Source: Eledone cirrhosa (Eukaryota). From it: a DNA stretch of 64,000 nucleotides. Position numbers and translations under genes: made by a program. The stretch covers positions 189,658,001-189,722,000 of the forward strand of contig OZ024743.1 in assembly GCA_964016885.1 (NCBI GenBank). Reading direction: 5' to 3'. This document shows positions 13,049 to 25,620 of the stretch, in pieces (position 1 is the first letter of the stretch; each line of letters begins with the position of its first letter). The notes beneath the pieces were generated by a model. That model did not search any database. It was not told where the DNA came from and was given only the letters and a program-made list of their open reading frames with translations.

Positions 13049-14057
13049 ATGCTTTGTGTAAATTGTTTTCTTTTAAAAAACATTCTTTTTCAAAAAAACA
13101 TTTATTTAATTTTGTTTATAGGGCCGGTTGCTTCGGATTTGCCAGGGCCGATTTTAAGTCCCAATCCGCCTTTGATGTCAAGGTATGTTAATTTGAAACT
13201 TGGTGTTAATTTGTGGGTAAATAATATGCATTTGTAAATGCCTGCAACTACCAGTTTTTACAATAGATTCATAGACAAAGAAAAAGAAGTTCCATGTATG
13301 AACATGCTGAATACAAAACATACTTAAATAAAGAGGTGTTCATATGAAATAGATCACTGTTAATTTTAACAATGAGTGTTCCAGTTATTCAATCAGCAGA
13401 ATACCCTGTTCATGAAATTAATGTGCAAGTGTCTGAGTATTCCAAAGACGTATACCCTAAATGGAATTGAAAGATTCAATATGACATAGAACATGACTTA
13501 TCTGCCCATTTGAATTGAGTTACAATTCATCCAATGGGCTTCCAACCGTTTCTAACTACTCAAGTTCATGCACAAAGCATGGCTTATTTAGAGATATGGC
13601 AACTGACACATGCCTAAGATGACAGGCAGTGGGTAGATTGAAATCAGGATCAAATGATTATGAAGCAAACTTCTTAAAATTTCAGCCATGTATCCAATGT
13701 ATTCTTACATAGCACATACATTAAGGCAATGTATGTTAATAGATTTAAAGAATATCCTTTCACATATATTCTACGCAGATGCTGATGAAGAAATCAGTGT
13801 AAAAAAAAGCAGTGTGAAAGAGAAGTAATGACACATAAGAATACAGGTGTAGAAAGACAAAGGAAGAGAAACAATTCTTTCATTTGTTGTCAAATGTCAC
13901 AGAAGGTAGTATATATCAACAATTGAAATTTCAGATCAATTTATATGAAACCAATTTCTACTCAACTTCCTGTGTTCAGGAATTGTTTCCTCTCATTTGT
14001 AATTTTTAATGTACATACACATACACACACATACATATATATACATATATATATATA

Positions 14058-14207
14058 AATGTGGTTGGTGTTAGGAAGGGCATCCAACTGTAGAAAACCT
14101 GCCAGACAGTCCTATGCGAGCAAGACAATCACTCTTGCCTCAAGTGGGAAAACCCCCGTCCAAACCCATGCAAGCGTGGAACACGGACGTTAAACGTTGA
14201 TGATGAT
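14058..14207 (+). mobile_element. RTE-clade LINE 3' tail fragment ending in (GAT)n
   Basis: Close match to the 3' ends at 20808-20955 and 37966-38115. Confidence 0.8.
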
Positions 14208-16223
14208 ATATATATATGCATATACGTGTGTGGTGTGGTGTGTGTGTGTGTGTGTGCAAACACATGCATACATTCATGCACATTATACTCATGTAAGTTG
14301 GTAAATTTCATTACTGAATTTGTTTTCATTTAATTATTTAAGCTATGTAATAATGATTTCTATGGACAAACCACCAACAGCTTTTATGTTTAAAAAAAAG
14401 GAAGTAAAAAGAGCTAAATCTCAATCGGGTATTCAATCATGAAAGAAATGAGAATCTTAGTTTTAATCTCATAGTTTGTATTTGTGCCCTCAACGTTTTT
14501 GTTTTTGTCCAATATCTAGTATCACCATGATTTAATGAACACTATATCCATTTACTAAATTTTATTTATATATTTTTCTACATGTCACGATTTGTGCTCC
14601 CAGTTATTTTTTATTCCTTTTGTTATCAAAATAAAATCATTATGACGCATCTGAAAATGTCTAACAAAGGATCCTTCTAAATATTGCCAATGAATTGTGG
14701 TTTTGTATTTTTTTTTAATGTAGCTTTTTTGGTATTTCTTGATTTGTTTGGCAATCTTGGCAATAAATTATTGAGAGCCAATGATGGTGCCTGTACATGT
14801 GTCATGATATTACAGAATCTGCAGCAAAACTTCCCTCAAATCTTCCAAAACTTCCCTACCATCGGAAAAAATAAAAAAAAGACTATAGTCAATGATGTGG
14901 TTCTTATACATTGTGTCAAACAAAAATATGGATATTATGGTTCTTGTGCATTTAATCATTTTCTAGCACCACCCAGAAAATATGTCTATAAAAAGTGAAT
15001 AAAATAAAAGCTGATAACAAATGCTGCCAAAAGAGATTTAGACACAAATCAGCAGATTTTTAACAAATTTTAGAAGGAATTGCAACTTTGTGATGCAAAG
15101 CTACCATCACATTTACATTGCAGTATGCCAGTGATGATATTGATTATATTTTGTTCCATGTCTTTATAGGATACTAACTTCAGATTACTGATTACAAAGA
15201 AATTTTAATTACTCAATGCTAGATGCATGAAATGATATTTATATATGATACATCATCATCACCGTTTTGGCATCCAACCTTCTGTAGCATGGGTTGGATG
15301 GAATGTTTTTCAGCTGGATGCTTTTTTTTTTTTAAGCCAACCTTTTTAGTCACTTCTCACGATATGCAGGGGTACAGTGTATATATTCTAAAATTGAGAC
15401 ATACACAACATTGGTTATATTATAAGAATAGGGAAATGTTAGATAAAATTCTGTTAGTGATAGATTCATGCAGAGAATATAGACTAATCAAAATTGAGTG
15501 CATCCAAAAATAAATCCAATATCAGAAAGGCTCAGGTATATTAATGATCAAAAGTGTTCCAAGTGTGATTGTTATCTTTTTGTATAATACCCCTTACTAA
15601 ATTAATTACTGTTTCCCTTTCCTGAGTCAAGAAAAATTTAGCTACTCTTTCCAGCAGGTCGACTAACCACATAGAATCAGAATCTCCTCTGTTGTTACAT
15701 ATCAAAAAGGTGAAAAATACAGATGAACTAGTGTTTTTTTTTGTATGAACATGACGATCTGATAAAGTGAAAACAACAATGAGAATGTAGTATACAAAAT
15801 ACAAATGAGAAGTTCTTTGTGGGTGGAAGAAAATGAGTTGTCGGAAAAGCTTTGAATGTCATCTTCAATGTACATTTATTTAGAATTAATAATTTATTCT
15901 GCCACATGTAATTTACATTAATTTGATATCACTTAATATGCTAAGAACTATTTTAGCACATCTTTCTATAATTTTTTTTAATAGATTGCTCTTTGGTTGA
16001 TGACAAAAGAGATCACAGCCTGAAAATATTGATTAGATAGCAATTGACCAAATATTTTAATTAGAATTCTTGAGGTTAGTAGTTATCAACTAGAAACACT
16101 GACTTTTACAGATATTGCCTAAATATGAATTCTTTCAAGAGTGCTTCACCCTCGAAGTAGCTTTGTATGCTCTTTTTATTTTACACAGAATTTATTTGAT
16201 TTATTAATCTCAAGATATATAAT

Positions 16224-16549
16224 GTTTCTACTTTTAGCACAAGGCCAGCAATTATCCCAGTGAATTACTGGTACTTTATTTTATCAACCCCATAAGGATA
16301 AAAGGCAAAGTTAACCTCAGCAGGATTTGATCTCAGAACACAAAGGGCCATAACTCTATGCTGCAACGCATGGTGTCTGATGCTCTACTGATACTGTCAA
16401 ACAACCACCCACAAGATATATAATTGTTTCTACTTTTGGCACAAGGCCAGCAATTATTCCAGTGCATTACTGGTACTTTATTTTATCGACCTCGTAAGGA
16501 TGAAAGGCAAAGTCAACCTCGGCGGGATTTGAACTCAGATCATTAAGGG
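16224..16549 (-). mobile_element. Two tandem tRNA-derived SINEs (family A)
   Basis: Reverse complement of the SINE at 45085-45273, which has a B box GAGTTCAAATC and core CTTTCATCCTTACGGGGTCGATAAAATAAAGTACCAG. AAGATATATAAT flanks both copies. Confidence 0.88.
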
Positions 16550-18479
16550 AAGATATATAATATCATCAGAAAATGTTTAATTTGAAAATCTTTTTATCAT
16601 ATAGTTCTAAGTTTAATACTACTACGTCGCACCTTATGTTATTAACTTCTAATATGCAAAAGCCTATCTGGTGCCCTGTTCCTGATTAGTCTTGGTTTTT
16701 TCTCTTTTTTCTCTCTGCCAGTGATTGCTTTACAGGGTCAAGGGTGATGTCTTTCCTTCTCTAATTAAGCGAGGGAATAAATGAACAAAGACAAAAATCC
16801 ATTTAATTTTATTTAGTGTTTGTAGGAAAACAGCATTAATATCTCAAAACCACAGTTTTCCATTTATATATTTTTATACATATACTCTGGCATAAGGAAA
16901 TCAATATTTTAATTACTTTTGACTAAATAGAGGTCACAATATATTTGATTTTCAAAAAATAAATTGCTAATTTGGCATTTCACCCTCTACATTATAATTA
17001 TTACAGAGCATTTAATTATTTTTAATCATTTTCTATCCATCTTTTAATGATAATTCTGAAAATGTTTGTATGTGTGTGACACTTGAAATGTTGGAGGAAA
17101 TATTTTACATAGACTTCTATACTGTGTCTTATAAGAATGAAATGGTTCAGTGAATAAAATATTGGACTACAAGTGGATATATATTAAGTTCAAATCTATT
17201 GCAACAATTTCATTGTGTATTCAGTCAATATACTTAATTCTTCATGCTTCAATTCAGCTAGCTACCAACCAGGAATACATATGTGATTGCTTTCTATGAC
17301 AGAAGAATAGTCACTCCAGAGAATTTACTCCTCAAACGTTTAATACAATAACATTTAAGAGTTTTGAAGTCATGATCTTTCTAAAACTATCCCATTCACT
17401 TTAAAATATCTGTGACAACTAATATAGAAATTGGGCTATATATATTCTTTATTATAGGAATTGCAATGGTGATGTTGGTGGTGGAATTAGTGGTAGTGTT
17501 GTATGTATATATGAATAAACATTATCTGTATTCGCATTATTTTCCTTTATCTTCTCTTTCTCTTCTAACTTTAACCTGGTCATTGTTTTCACAGTGCCTT
17601 AATTTTAAGATATACAGTCAGAAATTGAAGTATGCGAATTTGCTTTAACACTTCTTGAAAAAATATTAAATATTCACTTTGCTCAAATAACACACTATAA
17701 CGTGTTTTTTTAATGTTTTTATTCGTGGGCAAATTAGACTTGAATCACACGAATTTGCTTTACATGCTGCATTCACGAACACATCTTCACATAAAAAGTG
17801 AACAGACTGTACTTCTCTTATTCTTATAAATTGGACTAATGATCTCTTTCATGAAGGTAAAGAGAAAAGTTTATACAGCTTGTCACCAGAGTCACACAAC
17901 TCATTTCTTACAGCTGAGCAAACTGAAGTAAAGAGAAATAAAGGGTTATTGCTCAAGGATACAATGTGTATGATGACATTATAATCATGAGTCCAGTAGC
18001 CTACCCAATAAGCCATGCACATTCACATGCATATAGAGACAAAAATACAACACACACACACATGTATGTATATATCGAGAGACATAGATAGATGAAGAGA
18101 GAGAGGGAGATTAATCTAATAAGCTTCTGCATAGTTTCTGTGTGCAAACTTCACTCATAAGGCTTTGGGCAACCTAAAGCTATGTAAGAAGTAATTTATT
18201 CAAGGGTACAGATAATGGTATGGAATCAAAAATCACCATATTGTGAAGCAAACATTTTATCAACTTAACCATGGTTTCACCAATATTTGGTTTATTAATG
18301 ATAATCAATATTTGATTAGGAATATCTAAGTTTAAATCCTTTCAGTGTCAACTTTCATTAAGCAGTCCACCTCCAAACCACTTCTAATGCATCAATAAAA
18401 CAACTACCAGTATGCTAGTTAATTTGGTTAGATATATTTCTTTCCTCACAAAATAAACACATAAAATTTATGTGTGTTA

Positions 18480-18514
<35 letters not shown>

Positions 18515-19723
18515 ATATTGATATGTGACTTTTGGATGCTGTAGATAAGCTGTTTTCTATATGTATAAAGTTTAGCAAGCTGCTTACATTAAATATAATC
18601 ACTAGAGTTAGATGTGACAAATGATGGACTGTATCAGCAAAAGTCAATTTCTATGTTTGCTAGCAAAAATAAATAAATATATTTAATATTTCAAAGGTGG
18701 AGTCTTTCCTTAGTACACAGTGGCTGATAAGAATAGTGTAAACTAGCTTGTAAGCTAAAGGAAGACAACAAAGGAGACGTGACCAAGGTAAGTTGCAGAA
18801 GCAAAAAAGAAGTAGGAAATGGGCTGAACAAAAACAAAAAATATAAAAAAATACTGGCATGGGGAGGGAAAGAGCAACATCTGATATTAAATGTATCTAA
18901 GGATATTTGATCAAGAATAATATATGAATTATTAATAAAAATCAAAAAAATAGTAAACAAATCTATTTCAAATAACGGAGAGAAAAAGGTTTTCAAAATG
19001 TAACCCAATGTTATATATAGCTGTTCTATATTAATTTCATATATATGAATTAGTCCTGGAACACACCACATGTGGGAGTTTTGATTCAAAGGATAAAAGC
19101 TGTATATATATATATATTCAATATAGAAAAAAACTTATTGAGAGTCTGTGAGAAGATAACGATAATAAAGTATTATTTAGAAAGCTTCTATTGACTTCAT
19201 TTATAAACCCCTGAAATAAATGCAACTTCATTAGTGGAAGCATATTTGCGAAAGCAAATATTTAGCTAGGGAGTAGTTGGACATTCAGATATATGTTAAC
19301 TAGTGATTCTCACAATTTACTATAATGTGAAGTTTAAATATGCCCACTCGTGCATTCTCTTTCTGAAATCCAGTTACTAAACAATAGCGATATACAAAGA
19401 ACATGAAGTATTTTAAGAAATGTACTAGCTACTACACCTACGTGTTCATGTATGTTAACATAATGTTTATTGCTGCTTGTATTTTATTTCGTATATTAAA
19501 TTGGAAATAACTTTCATTTGTGCAGGAAAGTACACACAAAACAATACATTCATTATTCACACGTACAATCATACATATTACGTATCTTAATTTTATTAAA
19601 AATTGTTAGTTTCTGTCTTTACATAATTTCATTTGAACAGTTCAATATGCGGAGACAAATGTGAATAAAGTTTATATAGGAAATCAGGCTTGAAGCTTTG
19701 TTCCTGCTTACCCTCTCTCTCTC

Positions 19724-19759
<36 letters not shown>

Positions 19760-20156
19760 CACACACACATTATATATATAGTATCTGCAAAAGAAACAAC
19801 TGCATCTTTACCTCATCAGCCACATTGCTGGCATGCATTTTGATGTATTAATGTGGTACTGTACTTGTAATGGCAGTTTGTACAACAAATTGGTGCACTG
19901 CTTTGTGTGCAATATGCATGTGACAATACCAAAACAAAGAATGGACATGATAATTTATGGCTGTATTTTGACTAAAATAAATGTAATTACATAAAAATTT
20001 GTGACTAGAAATAAATAGACTAAACATGTAAAATGTGCAATTTGTTAATACTTGCCAGTTTCAAAAATAAGTGCTGAGGCCAATATGATTGTGTCAATGC
20101 TCAAACTATGTTTCAATATGGCTATAGTCTAATGACTGAAATGTATATATATATAT

Positions 20157-20955
20157 ATAGCATAAACGAATTAAGAGAGAAATTAGGAATAAGAGGGATC
20201 AGATGTTTACTCGAGAGAAGACTACGTTGGTATGGTCACGTGATACGCATGAAAGACGACAGCTGTATAAAAAAAAGTGCAGGGCAATAAAAATAGACGG
20301 TAGCCACAGAGTAGGCAGACCCAGAAAAACCTGGGACGACTTGATAAATTCCGACCTCACACACTTACACCTCTCCAAGACAATGTCACTGGACCGAGAC
20401 CTTTGGCGCTACACAGTAATACAGAAGACCCGCCTTGCCTAAGTACAAAGCGAAACCTACAGTCAGTAGGCACCTCTAACAAAATACACCCCCGTCCCAC
20501 TACCCCCACCCCATCCACACCACCCCCTTAAATGTAAAGTTATGTTGGTACCACAACATCCAGTCCGAAACAAATGAGGTCGTGTAGGTGTCGCGACAAA
20601 AAAAACACAGTGCACACTGTAATGTGGCCGTGTAGGTAACACGGTAAAAACCTCCCAGTCCACACTGTAAACGTGGTTGGTGTTGGGAAGAGCACCCAGC
20701 CGTAGAAAACCCGCCAGACGTGTCAGTGTCATGACAAAAAAACACAGTCCACGCTGTAATGTGGCCGTGTAGGTAACACGGTAAAAACCTCTCAGTCCAC
20801 ACTGTAAACGTGGTTGGTGTTAGGAAGGGCATCCAGCCATAGAAAACCCGCCAGACAGTCCTATACGAGCAGGACAACAAATCTTGCCTCAAGTGCGAAA
20901 ACTCCCGTCCAAACCCATGCAAGCGTGGAAGATGGACGTTAAACGATGATGATGA
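20157..20955 (+). mobile_element. 5'-truncated RTE-clade LINE (ORF C-terminus, 3' UTR and (GAT)n tail)
   Basis: ERRLRWYGHVIRM and GRPRKTWDD motifs; near-identical to the 3' part of the 37966-41190 copy. Confidence 0.92.
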
Positions 20956-21534
20956 AATATAATTTCAGCACAATTTCCGAGTTATGCGGCAAGCGCTCCA
21001 TGGACTAAAAAAAGACCAGAGCAATAAACATAGGTTATAGAGGCCAAACAAACTGAGAATGGCGGTCAAGAAGCCATTATCCACCTAAGCCAAAAAAAAG
21101 AAGCAAGCTAAACAGGTCAAACAAAAGAATAATTTACCTGGACCCCTGGAATTGATGGTATAATCCAGTAAAGGGTTTCTGCAACACCTAAATACTGCCT
21201 GCTTCCACATTAAGCTTTTGGTATAAGGATCGAACAAGGCTGCCACTTCGTCAACAGGTATTTTGTTCTCATGATGTTAAACATATATTTATATAGATAT
21301 ATACACATTCACATCTAGATGCTAATTTTGCATGAATACTGGCCTTTATAGAGCAGGGTGATGCACAATAATATTGAATATATGAGAAATTAATGGAGTG
21401 AGATATTAGTAGGTGAAGCAGAAAATACAAATGAATATGCCAGCTCTATGGTAGTTCAATAAAATCAACATATAACAACTCTTATCAGATTGAGTTATTT
21501 TGGATATTCAAAAAATAATCAAATTATATATATA

Positions 21535-22655
21535 TATATGAGTTACCAAGAAGTTCATTTTTTTTTTAAGCAAAATTGAAACAAGTTTTAGACACAATGC
21601 AATCTATTCAATCAATGATATAATTAGTTTTGTTCTAATATCTTCTGCCATCTTGCGTGCAGATCTATTATTCCCGGCTCGAAATATTTTTTTTACTGGA
21701 AAATACTCTTCCAGGTGAAATTTTACAACCTCTTCAAGAGGTGAAGATGGGTCCATTCAATTAATTTTGAAGAGCTTGAAACAGGCAGAGATATGAAGAT
21801 GCAAGGCTGGGTGAATATGGAGAGTGTGGCAAAACATCTCAGCCAAGCACAAGTAACTTCTGCCGCATCTGCAAAGATGTGCGTTGTTGCGACGAAAGAC
21901 ATACTCTTATGATTAACAAGTGCTAGACACATCTGGTAGATTGCTGCCTTTACTTTGTCCAGCTGGTCAAAGTACAGATCCAAATTGATAGTCCTGTCCA
22001 TGGAAAAAGCTCGTAAAAAGCACTACCCTTCCAATCCCACCAAATTGAAAGCATAATCTTCTTCGGTTGAAGTGCTGCTTTGGGAGTTGTTTTGGGTGGT
22101 TTACCACCCACCACCTAGATCGTTTGCACTGCACATTATTATAGACGATCCATATTTCATTCTCTATTACCATTTCCTTCAACAAAAGATCCATTGATCA
22201 AAGTCTCATCTAAGTGATGTTGTAATCAAACATTGAGATTGTTGATGTGGATGGCTTTCAACACTCGATTTGACTATTTGGAGAATATCTGAGATCAACT
22301 TGATCATATAATTGGGGTTGGTGTCAACTATCTCATTCATCTTGTTTCTGTTAATCTTAGTTGAAAGGTCAGGGTGAGGTGCATTTTAAACTACAAAACT
22401 TCCCAAACACAATCTTGCCACACACATTCCATAACAGCATCCTCTCTGAACACATGCCGTTTTTTTAAACAAAAAAGCATGAGGTTACGATGATTTTCGT
22501 TTTGATACTCCATTTCCAGGGTGATCTCAAGTTCTCAAAATATAACTTGTCTCATCACAAATTGGTGTCAAACTACGTTGAAATATCAAGTATCTAATGT
22601 GCAAGGGACAAGTGTCAATAAAAACTGACTAGACACCTTTGTCAACTTAATATAT
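21535..22655 (-). mobile_element. Decayed mariner (D,D34D-type) transposon
   Basis: Minus-strand remnants ENEIWIVYNNVQCKRS (cf. GDEKWILYNN) and VLPHSPYSPSLASSYLCLF (cf. YSPDLAPSDYHLF). About 1.1 kb between TA tracts; TIRs are eroded. Confidence 0.85.
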
Positions 22656-23332
22656 ATATAGCACACACATCCACACTCAGACATCGATTAACATGTATTA
22701 ACATAAAATGTTACTTTTTGCATGCAAAAATATGTTTAAATGTGAACATACATTTTTAAAGAGAGGTGTACTTCTTACCAATTCTAAAATTACAACTCTA
22801 CACAAACATACAATCATTCACACTGTACAATGTCAAACAGTTACAAATGGTTGAAGAGAATCACAAAAGTAACACTGGAACATGATTGGTGTTAATGTAA
22901 TGCTTGAATTAAATAAATTAGTGTCTTTTACATTTCCTGTGTTAGACCTTCATAAGAAAAAGAAAGAATAGGGAATGAGGAGAGGAGATGAGAAGTGAAA
23001 GGCATGAAAAAAAAAAAGAAAAGTTAAGAATCGGGGGTATTATTTCAAATGCAAAGAAGTGGAAGTGTATAAAGGTGGGTAAAAATGCTGTTCTTTGATG
23101 TGGTATGAGAACAAGTTGTGTAGTTATGAGTACGCATGCTTGTATCAAAGCATGTGTACAGGAATTGTAGTTGAGTATGTGGGCTATTTACTAGTGCTAG
23201 TGTATTTGTGTGTTAATGTGATTGGTGGAGGTGTATCTACTCAACTATTCTTGTGTTGAGATTTCCTCATCATTCTATGAATGTTAATACACTCACACTC
23301 TACCTTGGTCTTTGTGATAACTTTGTTTATAT

Positions 23333-24440
23333 ATCATCACCCTTTTATGTCCGTTCTTCCAAGCTAGCATGGGTTAGACGTGTTGTCCTGTTGTAGGCAG
23401 TAGCCGGTCGGCTAACCATGTCTTGCTCATACGGGAACTGATTCTGGCTTGATTTCTAAAGCTGGATGCCCTTCCTAACACCAACCTCATTTACAGTGAG
23501 TGCTGGGTGCTTTTTTTCTGTGGCGCCTACACGTCCGCTTTACAGTGTGGGCTGGGTGCTTTTTTGCCGTGGCAGCTACACGACCACTTTGCAGTGGGAG
23601 GATGTGGGGGCATATTGCCTATATGCTTCAGCTTCGGCTTCTACCCGTGTATTACTGCGTGACGCCAGAGGTCATGGTCGTGTGTCATCACCTTGGAGAG
23701 GTGTAATTGGGTAAGGTCGGCTTTTATCACCTCATCCCAGGTCTTCTTGGGTCTCCCCGCTCCGTGGTTTCCATCAACTTCTAGTCCTCTGCACCTTTTT
23801 ATGCAGCTGTCATCCTTCATACACATCTCATGTCCATACCAACGCACCCTCCTCTCCTGCACACAGCATTTTATTCCTCTTATGCTCAGTCTCTCTCTCA
23901 ATTCGTTTATGCTTTGCCGTTCGTGTATTTTACTATTACACATCCATCGGAGCATGCAGGCTTCGTTTCTTTCTAATCTACGTAAGTCTTCTACAGACAG
24001 CGCCCAGGTCTCACTACCATGTAACATTGTTGTTCGTATACACGCATCATACAGTCTGCCTTTCATTTTGAGGGAAAGCCTTTTGCAGCTAGCAGTGGCT
24101 TCCTGAACTTCTTCCATTCCGTTCTTACCTTAGTTATTGTACTTTCCGAATGCCCACCTCTGTAGCTAATTTGGTCACCTAGGTAGCAGAAGCTATCTAC
24201 TGTTTCTACAGAGCTCTCCCAGTGTTTGGTGGTGCTTGTTTTCTGTGGCTGTTTGCTGATTGCTGTCCCACCACAGCTGCTATATGTGAAGCCTACATTC
24301 TTTGTTAAGCTCCCTGAGATCCCACTACATCTCTTGTGTACCCATTGTTTGCATTTGGGGCAGAGAATGGAGTGCCTACCTACACCTTTCCTACATACTG
24401 AGCAAGGCCATTTCCCTGAGGGGATCTGGGTTGTGTTTTC
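23333..24440 (-). mobile_element. 5'-truncated RTE-clade LINE, second subfamily
   Basis: KGRLYDACIRTTMLHGSETW, RVRWYGH and GRPKKTWDEV motifs; Cys-rich finger at the 5' end; (GAT)n tail at ~23335. Confidence 0.92.
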
Positions 24441-24461
24441 TATATATATATATATATATAT

Positions 24462-24510
24462 CTGATGAATTCTCACGCTCACGAATGAAACAGTTCTAGT
24501 CCTGTAGAAG
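24462..24510 (+). ncRNA. Putative minimal type I hammerhead ribozyme core (stem I incomplete)
   Basis: CTGATGA (24462-24468), stem II ATTC/GAAT, GAAA, stem III ACAG/CTGT and a GTA cleavage triplet ending at 24506. The 5' strand of stem I is replaced by (TA)n. Confidence 0.5.
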
Positions 24511-25124
24511 CTTTTCTATATATATATATATATACATATATATATACACACACACAGTATATATATAAATACATAATGGCATTTGTTAAATCATATTGTT
24601 TTCAGTATAAAATATTACTATCACTTATCAAAGCACATACACATATGTAGAGACATACACTCAAATTGCACACTGCAAATCTGCATTTAAACAAGAGAGG
24701 CCAAAATGTCATATAAGTAGACATATATTTATCTTTCCAAAAGCCTGTCTTAGAGATTTCCATCTAAATAGCCACAAAAAAATCGGACATTACAGTCAAG
24801 ATATATGAACTTTCATCACAAGCTGTGTTGTTGATACTATTACTGTTATGCTTCTTTTCTAAGAGATCCCTATCAATATTAATGGAAATATTATAACATT
24901 CGTTTTGTGAAAGGTCAAAGTATACATATTTTTGTGATTTATGTTATGTTTTAAATGTTAGATTTTAGATATTTTCTGTTTATTTTCAATTGTTGCCCAA
25001 AAGACAAGAAAAAAAAATTAGCAGAATTGTTAGAGCATCAGAATACATTTCATAATATTTGTTCCAGCCCTCTCTGCTATGATTTTAAATGTACGAATAT
25101 TTCAATAGTGGAGGTATGATCATA

Positions 25125-25620
25125 ATTTCATGGTTTTGGTTCTTGGACTGGGTTGTGTATTGTGTTCTTGAGCGAAACACTTCATTTTACATTGTTCCAG
25201 TATACTTAGCTGAAAATAAGTACCAGCAATAGCCAGGGGTTTAAACTTATGATGGACTGGCCTCCTTTCTAGGGAGAGTCTTGTAATCTCAGTTGCTTCA
25301 CATTACAGAAACTAGGATAAGTACCAGCCGGATGAACATTCAGGCTCAAGACAGACTATATATATGGAGAGAGAGGCCTGTGATGTGCATAAGCAATAAT
25401 TGTTGGGTGAAGAAGGGCTAGGAATTGCCAATGGAAGGTAGTCGCTGTAGATTTAGACTAAGAAAGGCCTGGACAGAGATTGTGAGAGCTGACCTCAAAT
25501 CACTGAAACTCACAGAGGCAATGACAAAGGATTATGACATGTGGAGAGATGTCGTGCTGAGAAGGACCTGCCCAACCCTTGCAAGTGGGGAGAAGCAGAC
25601 TTAAAAACAATGATGATGAT
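25125..25620 (+). mobile_element. Degenerate SINE (family B type) followed by an RTE 3' fragment
   Basis: TTCTTGAGCGAAACACTT motif, then a KKAWTEIVRADLK-like remnant and (GAT)n tail. Confidence 0.6.

Larger units (their letters stand above)
6231..13174 (+). mobile_element. Outer hAT DNA transposon (Tip100/ZMYM1-like group), full length, interrupted by a second hAT
   Basis: TIRs CACTGGCGGATTGG (6231-6244) and CCAATCCGCCTTTG (13161-13174), 12/14 match. 8-bp TSD ATATCAAG (6223-6230) / ATGTCAAG (13175-13182). Transposase remnants at 10.3-13.05 kb. Confidence 0.93.

Noticed and set aside
14640-21280. Candidate host exons at ~14.7, 15.6, 16.7, 19.8 and 21.2 kb
   Set aside because: Single splice-like signals or short open frames only. 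No recognisable protein and no consistent exon chain.
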